From NCBI GenBank assembly GCA_951406725.2, contig OX597816.1, positions 178,622,001 through 178,686,000 of the forward strand: 64,000 bases of DNA, written 5' to 3'. Positions 52,881 through 64,000 of this stretch are shown here, piece after piece. Under the pieces are notes generated by a model, which saw nothing but the letters and a program-made list of their open reading frames with translations, was not told where the DNA came from and did no database searches. This DNA comes from Octopus vulgaris (Eukaryota). The position numbers and the translations under genes were made by a program. How positions within the stretch are numbered: position 1 is the first letter of the stretch; each line of letters opens with the position of its first letter.

Positions 52881-53424
52881 GCAAACACATGTACATACAT
52901 TCACAGTGGGAATCAAATAACTGCGAGTTCAAGATGTATTTTATTAGTGATCCGTGTAAAAATTAGAGAAATAGGAGAGCAAGTAGGTAATGGATACGTG
53001 AAGAAGAGAGAGGTTCAGAAGAAAGCGATCATGTTTTGTATACAGAATACAGAGTTCTATTGTCATCTAAGAAATGGCCATATTCGGTGCATAGAAAAGG
53101 TGTTGGTAGAAATTATACACAGTGAGCCCTAAACTACGAGTGCTCAAGAAATACAATAGAATTACTGACAGACTGTCTTGAAGGAATGATTTTATAATAC
53201 ATAGTAGTTGTACAAGAGTGCTTAGCAGCCAGAGTGGCATGAAATCTTTCAAATACCCAGAAGGCTGCCAAGAAATAATTGGTCGCTTGTAACCTTGGTG
53301 ACTTAATCAGCAATGAGACGGAGAAAGTGTTGCGAAAATATAGTAAAAACTCGGGTGGAAAAGTTCGGAGAGCTATTATATCGGCTGGTAACAAAAGGAT
53401 TTCTTTTCTGATCGAATTCTTCTT

Positions 53425-53823
53425 TTATTCTTTTACTTGTTTCAGTCATTTTGACTGCGGCCATGCTGGAGCACCGCCTTTTAGTCGAGCAACTCGACCC
53501 CGGGACTCATTCTTTTTGTAAGCCCAGTACTTATTCTATCAGTCTCTTTTTGCCGAGCCGCTAAGTGACGGGGACGTAAACACACCAGCATCGGTTGTCA
53601 AGCAATGCTAGGGGAACAAACACAGACACACAAACATATACACACACACTTATATATATATACATATATACGACAGGCTTCTTTCAGTTTCCGTCTACCA
53701 AATCCACTCACAAGGTATTGGTCGGCCCGGGGCTATAGCAGAAGACACTTGCCCAAGATGCCACGCAGTGGGACTGAACCCGGAACCATGTGGTTGGTTA
53801 GCAAGCTACTTACCACACAGCCA
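53425..53823 (-). mobile_element. CORE-like SINE, near-full copy
   Basis: Reverse complement of the 24551 family. Confidence 0.9.
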
Positions 53824-53954
53824 GTGGATAGTATGATGTTTATATGCAAAGTGCGACATTGCATTGCTGCGAAATATAGCTATTAAGTGCGGAGTTGTAC
53901 GAGAATTGCAGAGAAATGGAACGAATATGCTCCATTGGATGTGAAATGTTAGTG

Positions 53955-54658
53955 GGCATAACTACACAAGTGCTCCCCACAACCGACTTTATTTCCTCAT
54001 AACTTTCAGAAAAACCAATATTTCTTATGAAATATTCAATAAATGCGCTTCAAATGGTGTAGATTCCAATTATATCGGAATTTATTGCGAAAATTATTTC
54101 CGGAGGTGGAGAAAAGAATTTAGGAAAATTAACACGAGTCAGCTTTGTTTACTCATAACTGAAAAAGAAAGGATTTTTAATGAAATTTTCTACAAATATC
54201 TTTCAGAGTGTGTCGATTACGATTATATCAGAATTTAATGTGAAACAAAATAGTGGTCATGGATACATACATACTGACACACATTACAATTCTTTTTTTT
54301 TTTTTTTTCAAAATTTCAAGTTTCATTTCGTGATATGTGTCAGTATGTATGTGTGCACGCCCAGCATTTATCTTTTCATTTCAAATTCCAATATAATCGT
54401 AACCTACACACTCAGAAAGACATTTATAAAAAATTTCATTAAAAAAAACCCAATTTTTCTGAAAGTTATGAGGAAACAAAGCCAAGTCATGTGAATCTAC
54501 AAAACTGCTCACTTCATCCTCAGAAAACATTTTCACTACAAATTTCGGATTCTACACCATCTAAAGCGTATTTGCAGAATATTTCATTTTTAAAAGATCC
54601 ATTTTTCTGGAAGTTATGAGGAAACAAAGTCGGTGGGACACACTTATGTAGGAATGCC
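53955..54658. mobile_element. Long-TIR MITE with 8-bp TSD (Merlin-like)
   Basis: TGTTAGTG|GGCAT...ATGCC|TGTTAGTG; the halves are largely inverted copies containing subterminal repeats. Confidence 0.88.
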
Positions 54659-54847
54659 TGTTAGTGCACATGAACGATGGAGCACAGTTGAGTTGAGAGG
54701 AAAACCGAGTTTAAGAGAAATCTGTTTTGGTGTGCCAATGAGAAGACTTTGCTGGTAAAGACATAAAGTGCGTTTGGGAGATGACGTTTGGGTAAGGAAG
54801 TAGCAAGTGATCCAAACTGAGAGAATCTGCAGAGAAGGGGATGATGG

Positions 54848-54932
54848 GAAGAAGAAGAAGAAGAAGAAGAAGAAGAAGAAGAAGAAGAAGAAGAAGAAGA
54901 AGAAGAAGAAGAAGAAGAAGAAGAAGAAGAAG
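54848..54932. repeat. (GAA)n microsatellite
   Basis: Seen directly in the sequence. Confidence 0.98.
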
Positions 54933-56943
54933 AGTCTGATCTCAGAAGATGAAACGAAGGAGTTGATGATGGATCACAGCTAATGGCGACGAACTGTGTT
55001 GAAAAAGTCCCGTCCAAGCCGTGCAAGCATAGAAATACGGACGTAAACGGATATTGGTATAAATACACATACGCACATGTATATACACATACAATCCTAC
55101 TGCTTATAAATGTAAATGTGTGTCTGTGTGAGTGTGCGTACACATATACACACATACTTTCACGTACACACACGTGCATACACATACGCATACATGGCCA
55201 CATACACACGCATGTACATAATCGTGTGTACGTGTGTGCATGTGTGTGTGTGTAAAATACATGCACGCACACGCATACGCACACGAACACACACGCGCAC
55301 ACACATATTCGCGTGCGCGTGTTTTAAATTGCAAATGTCAGTAAGCCATCACTTGCTCTGTGTTACTTCTTTAACAACGAATAAAAGTTAGTGAATGAGA
55401 AACTAAGGTTTTTCAACAGCATAGAAAAACCGAGTGTTCGTGCAACAGTTCATAAAAACATTGCTTAATTATTTGACGAAAATATTTTTAGGCAGAATAG
55501 TACAATATAGGTCAGTATGTTTTATTTATTGAACAGCTGTTAACCGAGTCTAGCAAACATTTGTGCTTATACGAGTGTCCTTTTCTTTTTATCTATATTT
55601 TATTCTTCTAACCGAGAACAGGATCCTGTAACTCATGATAGTAACACTATATGTTAAGTTACGTAATAGCAATGCTGTTTGGGAACTAATAGTAAATAGC
55701 GACGCGAAAAAATTGTTTATCAGCGAAAATTTAAAGAAAATTCTTGTCACAACGAGGGCTTTATTTTTATGTTTCTCATGGAAAAGGGAAGCAGTCAGCG
55801 GAAGAAACCATTTCACAGTGAAATTAGATCAACGTCTGATGGAGAGTGTTTGTCGTTTAACCGAATGACAGTTCAGATGGAGCTGGTTCGTTATAAAGGC
55901 GTTTCATCTGTGACCATCTCATCTTTCTTGTATATTTTGTATAACAGGGACTATATTATCTTAAGTATCTTTTCCTTAACGATAAGGTGTGATTTAGAGG
56001 AAATTTCGCAGTAATTTATGACAGGTCCGGCGATAGTATTGAAGCTCTTTGATAGGCCTGTTGTTTCTATCGCTTCGTTCATACTGTGTTTATTTTGTAT
56101 TATATTTTGCAACCCACATAGTTTACCAACTTCTCGGTCCTCCAAGCAGTTAATAGGCTCCATCAGCAGCAGCGCCACAAATCCCTTCACTGTCCTAAAT
56201 ATCTAATGTAATTCACAGAACATAATTCCCTGGCGTCTATGTATCATATATGATACACATTCCTAAGTTTTTTCAACCACCAGAATAACTTCAGACTTCT
56301 GAAAGGAAAGCTCTATACTATTTAGAACATATGAAACAAGGGCTTGCTAAAGATCTCAAGACAAACATGGACGTTGAGAACAAACTTATGAAAAGTTTTG
56401 GACAGATAAAGGGTTAATTCATTACTGTAAAGCAGTCGACTTACTGAATAAAGAACGAATATTTTCCTTTGCTAGAAATACTGAGTTCGAAAGCTGTCGT
56501 GAGTACAATTAGATTTCATTTATCATACGAGAATAATGTATGCACAAAACCGATTCAACAAAATACAAAGCAACCAGTCAAGGGATCAGTGGTTCATATC
56601 GTATTTCGATCAAACCACAATTCACAAATATTCAGTAGTAAAATAGAACAGGTACGACTAGTGTCTCCGACAGGGCATTTAAAAAGGTGAAATAAAACTG
56701 CTTTCACCCCTTTTCCGGGAGCCTCTCAAAATTCTTGGGAGCTTTTTACCCACTTCTCTTTCTAAGATAGGGACTCATCTGCTCACAAATCCCTTCTTGA
56801 TTCTTCTATCCCAAACCAATGTACCGGCTAAACTGCCCTTTTATAGACCTAGATGGGAGTTTGTCATTTTAGAAGTGCTTGACTTGTTTCTGTCTTCTTT
56901 GTTATTTGGTGAGTTGTCAGGTAGCTGTGACTGAGCCCAGGTT

Positions 56944-57925
56944 GGCATGCCTCCGCAGGTGCACCCCCACCCACCGACTTGGTTTCCTCATAACTTGCAG
57001 AAAAAAATGGGTAATTTTAAATGAAATTTTCTACACATACACTTTAGATGCTGAAGATTCTGATTATATCGGAATTTGTGGTGAAAAAGAAAATTTTTTT
57101 TCCGTGGATGGGATAAGGAGTTTCGGAAAATGCACACGAGTCGACTTTCTTTACTCATAACTTCCAGAAAAATGAGAAATTTTTTATGGAATTTTCTATA
57201 AATATTTTTCAGTGTGTGTAGATTATGATTATATCTGAATTTCAAATAAAAAAAAATTGGTGCGCTCGTACATACAGACACACGTCACATATATCTATTA
57301 AATGAAGCTTGAAATATCGGAAAAAATTGTCATGTGTGCAGCACACCGGACGAAAGGCTTAGCGGTATATCGTCTGCCGTTAAGTTCTGAGTTCAAATTC
57401 CGCCGTTCGTCTGTCCTTGTTTGTCCCCTCTATGTGTAGCCCCTTGTGGGCAGTAAAGAAATAGGTATTTCGTACGTCACTACGTTCTGAGTTCAAATTC
57501 CACTGAGGTCGACTTTGCCTTTCATCTTTCTGGGGTCGATTAAATAAGTACCAGTCACACACTCAAGTCGATGTAATCGACCTAGTCCCTTCTCCCAAAT
57601 TTTATAGTAGAAATGATTATTATAATTTTTTTCTCCACACCAAATTCCAATATAATCGTAATTTTCACACTCTGGAAAGTATTTGTAGAAAATTTTATTA
57701 AAAATACTCAGTTTCCTGAAAGTTTCGAGGAAATGAAGCTGACTCGTGTGAATTTTCCCAAACTCCTCTTCCCACCCACAGGAAAAAAATTTCACAATAC
57801 CAGTAAATCGCAATCTACTGCATCTGAAGCATATTTATAGAAAATTTCATTAAAAACGATTCAATTTTCTGGAAGTTATGAGGAAACAAAGTCCAGGGTA
57901 GAGGTCACACATTTGTAGGTATGCC
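56944..57925. mobile_element. Second long-TIR MITE with 8-bp TSD and a nested SINE
   Basis: CCCAGGTT|GGCAT...ATGCC|CCCAGGTT; SINE at ~57340-57600. Confidence 0.88.
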
Positions 57926-58104
57926 CCCAGGTTTAAGCCTCCTTGCAGTTTTCAGCCCACTTTACTTTGGCTGTTAATAACTACCGTTAAAAAGCAAGCA
58001 TAAATATCATCATCATCATAATTCCCGTTACGTGTACAAGACATAAAAGATATTTTCACCAACGTGCCAATAATATCGTGTATATGTGTGGGAATAAGAG
58101 TGCA

Positions 58105-58483
<379 letters not shown>

Positions 58484-58499
58484 ATCAAATATATACAAG

Positions 58500-58868
58500 A
58501 GCAGCTGGGTATTGAGAAGCCTGCTTCCCAACCACATGGTTCTGGGTTCAGTCCTTCTGCTGTAGCCCCGGGCCGACGAAAGCCTTGTGAGTGGATTTGG
58601 TAGGCGGAAACTAAAAGAAGCCCGTCGTATATGTATATGTATGTGTGGTATGTGTGTCTGTGTTTGTCCCCACCCCACCCCCGCTTGACAACCGATGTTG
58701 GTGTGTTTACTTTCCCGTAACTTAGCGATTCGGCAAAAGGACCGATAAGATAAGTACTAGGCTTACAAAGAATAAGATCTATGGTCGATTTGTTTGATTA
58801 AAGGAGGTGCTCCAGCATGGCCGCAGTCAAATGACTGAAACAAGTAAAGGAATAAAAGAATAAAAGAA
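58500..58868 (+). mobile_element. CORE-like SINE
   Basis: Same family; further decayed or partial copies at ~10820-10962(-), 18845-19045(-), 48090-48535(+) and 50790-51135(+). Confidence 0.85.
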
Positions 58869-59041
58869 TATAATTTAAACAAATCATGGATACCCTGGGA
58901 TGCATTTTGAATGATGTTCCTGGGGCTGCGTGCGTGGTGTGTGTGTGTGTGTGTTTGAGAGAGAGAGAGTGAGAGAGAGAGAGAGAGAGCGAGAGAGAAT
59001 TTGTGTAAAATAGATTAGAATTAAATTAAATTGTTACTTAC

Positions 59042-59319
59042 GTCGCGTTAAAACCGTCGTTCATCATTTGATGTTTCGGCGTAGAAGAAATATAGAGATT
59101 CGCTGGGCGCGACCTATGTCTCTGAGAAAAAGCCGAACCAGTTGATACTTTCCTTCTGCCCAACGGTGAATGATTATCTTCATTAACTGTTATTTGAGAT
59201 GTGTCACCCGAAACTGCTAATTGCGACATTTTGTTAGTATTAGCATCTACGCGCTCCGTGTAATTAGGACAAGTTTTCATATTGTTACGCATGTTTGGGG
59301 TAATTGCCAGTGTAGACAT
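59042..59319 (-). CDS. PLA2G4A: cPLA2-like gene, putative first coding exon (N-terminal extension MSTLAITPNM...GFNAT)
   Basis: Open frame from ATG at 59319 (in-frame stop upstream, no upstream ATG back to ~59470) to a consensus donor AC|GTAAGT. It ends in phase 2, matching the phase-2 entry of the 25-nt exon at 28137 (AC+A=Thr). No homology is recognisable within the exon itself. Confidence 0.6.
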
Positions 59320-59465
59320 GAAATGAGAATTATTTGACAACCAGAAAATATAAAATTTTGATAATTGTAAACAAAGAAACGTGTTTGCTATCAGGAATCA
59401 GTTCTGTATGATAATAAATATGAAAGAAATAATATACAGCCTGTTGCACGTCTTCACAAACTCTG

Positions 59466-59544
59466 CTACTAAGTAGAAATGAATGAATATGTATATATAG
59501 AGGGTGACAAAATGTCTTTTTTTTAATGTGACAAGTGACGTCAC
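59466..59544 (-). promoter_or_regulatory. Candidate core promoter: CRE palindrome, TATA box, Inr-like motif
   Basis: GTGACGTCAC at 59535-59544, TATATATA at 59499-59492 on the minus strand, and TTAGT with its A at 59470 (29 nt after the TATA start), ~150 nt before the first ATG. Confidence 0.5.
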
Positions 59545-60007
59545 ACGCTTAGCTTCCCCCACCATCCCCGCATTTAAGTCACTCTTAGTACTAAACATTC
59601 CTTTCATTTTCTCCTAATCTCTCTTTTTCATTCATTCTTTCTCTCTTTCTACTCCCCTCTTTTTCTTTCTTTCTTTCTTCTCACTCTCTCTCTCTCTCTC
59701 TCTTCCCCTCTTTGTGTCTAGTTACCACACCCCTACATATATTATCTGTTCGCGTATCTATATATAGATATAAAACAATTTGCCTACGAGGAAGCCATGT
59801 GGTTGCTCGACTTGCTAAAAACCGAAGTGTAGTGTCTCTCAAACTTCACTCTTAAAAACGGAAGTGCATATTATATAATGTAGTCCCTGATATACGAAAT
59901 GACAGGAGGACCAAGCTCGTTCACCTTTTGAACAGAGAGCTGCTTCGAATGAAGTTTCGCCTTGATACAAAAACAGCGAAAATTTACCACAATACAGCTT
60001 AATAGCG

Positions 60008-60686
<679 letters not shown>

Positions 60687-61004
60687 TAGTAAAGGAGATT
60701 TTTGACTGAGATGGAACTGAAAGGAAATACACGCACACACACACACACTCACACACACTCACACACACACACACTCACACATACACACACGTTGACATGT
60801 AGGAGTAATTTTAGCTTGTTTCGCTGGGCTAAGTTAGGAGTGGTGAAGTGTGAAATTTTGATAGTATTTTCTTAAGTATTTTATAGTATTGTGGAAGAAA
60901 ATGTTTTATATGTAGAGCAAAGGAGTTTTAACTGCAGGTGTTCTTACTGCAGGTGTTGTTACTGTATGGAGATATAATCCAGGTAATATTTATTTTGTGG
61001 ATGT

Positions 61005-61085
61005 TATGAAAGTTGAAGCTCTCCAAAGGTCAATCACGAAAAAGATAGATGGCATGTCAGACCTCGACTACTGGGGTCGACTGGA
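61005..61085 (+). pseudogene. CR1-like RT C-terminal scrap
   Basis: KVEALQRSITKKIDGMSDLDYWGRL resembles E-VQR--TK-I-G---L-Y-ERL. Confidence 0.65.
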
Positions 61086-62570
61086 TATGTCTCCGCAAGC
61101 AATAACTCTCTGCTCGAATGGGCCTCGGTGCCCAAATCCTGAATTGAAAGACTTCGCCATTAAGTTAGACATGGCCTGGGCCAATACTGGCCAAAACCTT
61201 TCTAAGTTAAATGATACAGCATACTTGTGGTTTAGGTGTGGATTTTATGTAAGAGACTTTTCCCTCGTAGTTGCTTCTGAGAGATACATACTCGCAGTAA
61301 AGTCCTGCGTCTAAGAAAATTTATCTGTTGGAGAAAAATAGGCTAGGTTGCTGGAAATGTTGGGCATCTGGTGTTTCATGATGTCTCTAGAATGGTCTGG
61401 GTATATGTAGTTCAAGGATTTGTCTGTTTATGTTACAAATAGTAACGAAAGTTAAAAAGGTCCGGTGTAAATAACATCAAGGAAATTGAGCTTGGTGCAG
61501 CTGTGTTCTACAGCGATTTGATGACATAATCTTTCGAAAAAGCCGTACAAGCTGGAGTGGATCTTGCATGCATGAAGTGGATTTGATCCACCATAGCCAA
61601 ATTTAAATTAACACTGCTACAGAACTATTCCCACGGTGGAACAATGGTTTTTCTCTGACAGCAGTTTTACATTTTCCAAGTAGCCATTTCGGTGACAACG
61701 AAGTCTGGCTGACCAGCGAGAACATTGGTCAGAGGGAGAAATGAAGTTCACTGCCAGCAACTGTGAGACAACGTTCCACACCCTACAATTCTCACTTGCT
61801 CTAATTCTGTTCTCTTACAACATCATTCTATCTCTCTCTGTAATTACTACTAAACAATGAAGAGGACACAAACACAAACTTTACTTCGCATGCTTTTGGA
61901 TTTATCATTAACCTGCCCGTCGAGGCAAGGATATTGTAAGGTAACGGTAAATAAACATTTCCTTAAAACTTCATGCATTGTTCATCTTTCTCATCCAACA
62001 GTAAACAATTATAACCACAAATTATTATGGTTACCACTGCCTCCACCGACATTTCATAACATTGTTTACCAATCAATTTCTACCGTTACAATTGGTGTCC
62101 CTCGACTTCAACTAAAAACTACAACTAAAAACTTTTCCGTTACACAGCTTTCCTGGGATCTTTTGGTGAGTTGCGAGCTACTATTTGCAAATGTAAGAAG
62201 GCTGTTGCCTTTCCTATGAAACTTGGGAATATGCCATTGATGTTGCACAGGAAGTACACGTCGATAAGGCTGCCGAGTCGCTGATACCTATACTATTGTT
62301 GGAAAGCACGTTGGAGGGATTTTTAATCCAGATATAATTGTTCTGCTCAAAGAAATGTTAGCAAGTGAACAGGTTGATGCAAATTTCTTGGCCTGAGATT
62401 TGAGTGATGTTTTCAACAGTCAAGTACTTTGAGAAGGAGTGGATTAGTAATGGCGGAGTGGTAGCTATTGATATCAAACTGGAAAAACTTCATACCACGC
62501 TTAATTGATCGATGATTTCTAATGTGTTAATCCATAATAGTAAACATGATACCTTCTTGAAATGATTCTA

Positions 62571-63810
62571 TCAGTACATCCCATAAGTTCTGTTCGATTT
62601 TACCTTTTTTAAAATTGAATGAAATTTTATAGTATTTTAGAATGTCTAATGGAATTGAAAATTATTTTTATGCATTTGTGTAGATTTAAAAAAAATTAAA
62701 TATTATTTTACAGAATAATAGAATTAATATTACTTTGATTAAAGCCCTTTCTAACATGGAAGTATCCAAAGAGCATTTGAGGCACATAATGCTTTATGAG
62801 TACAAAAAAAGGAAACTCTGCAGCTGAAGCGACTCGAAACACACACTCAGTTTATGGGAAAGAATGCTTGAATGAAAGAACTCTCAGAAGATGGTTTGCA
62901 AACTTCAGAAGTGGAGATTTCAGCCTTGAAGATGAAGATCGAACAGGACGTCCAGTTGAGTTTGATGATAAAGCTCCTTGAGACATTACTTGAAGAAAAT
63001 ACTGCATTATCAGTTGAAGAATTGGCAATAAATCTTAGTTCAAGCCATACAACTGTTCACCGTTATCTTCAACAACTTCGAAAGGTTCCTAAACTTGGAA
63101 AATGGGTGCCTCATGGGTTCGAAAGCAACCGCAAATCCCGAGTTGACATCTACTCTTCTCTCCATTCTCGCGAACTAATTTCACCCTTTTTAGATAGACT
63201 TGTGACTGGTGACGAAAAAGGGATCTTCTATCGAAATGTTAAACGTCGTAAACAGTGGCCTGGTAAAAGGGAAAAAACTCAACCACAACTGAGAAGAGAA
63301 CTTCCCTCTATCTGATGGGATTGCAAAGGAGTAATTCACTTTGAATTGTTACCACCTAATGCAACAATCAATGCTCAAATCTACTGTCAGCAATTTGTGC
63401 GTTTGAACCAAGCTTTGAAGAAAAAAAGACCCGAAAAGGAGTGATATTTCATCAGGACAATGCGCGACCCCACACTGCAAAGATCACATCACAGAAGATC
63501 GAAGAGCTTGGGTGAGAAAAAAATCCTCATCCACCTTAGAATCCCGACCATGCTCCTTCAGACTACCATTTGTTTCGTAGTTTACAGAATCATTTGGGGG
63601 ACATAACTTTCGCAAGCCAGGAGGAGGTCGAAACTGACATTTCAGAGTTCTTCGCTTTGAAACCAAAAGAATTTTACATTGATGGGATTAAAAAGCTTGT
63701 AAATAGATAATCAGGGAAAGTACATTGATGGTTAAATTTCAATTAAATATAACATTTGATCACTTGTTTTCTTTATTCAAAATTCGGACAGATCTTATGG
63801 GATGACCTGA
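62571..63810 (+). mobile_element. Near-full-length mariner (Mos1-like, DD34D) with a pseudogenised transposase
   Basis: TA-flanked ~30-bp TIRs; ATG at 62756 (MEVSKEHLRHIMLYEY); WVPH, VTGDEK, FHQDNARPH, APSDYHLF; several frameshifts and stops. Confidence 0.95.
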
Positions 63811-64000
63811 TAGTAAGTGCTTGCTAAGTTTATCTATGCTTTTTTTTATGCGCTTGTTAAGTCTTATGGAAGCTTTACAGTTGAAATTATCCTTGTTGCC
63901 GATAAAGAGAAAGAACGGTTGATCGGAGTTCAAAATCTCAGTTCTGTTTCTTCTATTTTGAACCGGAAATAATAATTTTATCCTTTTGGTTAATGCCGTT

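Overview
This is AT-rich, microsatellite-dense eukaryotic DNA; its SINE, LINE and MITE repertoire looks like an octopus (coleoid cephalopod) genome. Nearly the whole window is the 5' half of one minus-strand host gene, a cytosolic phospholipase A2 (cPLA2/PLA2G4A-like). Five phase-compatible GT-AG coding exons can be read directly (59319-59042, 28137-28113, 19567-19486, 11571-11425, 5024-4909). They encode a ~93-aa N-terminal extension followed by the C2 domain, and a CRE + TATA + Inr-like promoter candidate lies at ~59.5 kb. The introns hold a young Gypsy LTR retrotransposon lacking most of its RT, an RTE LINE, Dong/R4-like and Tx1/L1-like fragments, mariner, Merlin, piggyBac, hAT and Helitron relics, and many SINEs. 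Most notable: (1) the Gypsy primer-binding site matches the 5' end, not the 3' CCA end, of tRNA-Phe; (2) several short microsatellite-embedded elements carry minimal hammerhead-ribozyme motifs, often in inverted repeats; (3) a ~295-bp-arm palindrome with an identical core; (4) an apparent 2-nt intron shift relative to vertebrate PLA2G4A. All assignments come from reading motifs by eye and from recalled family knowledge; no searches were run.
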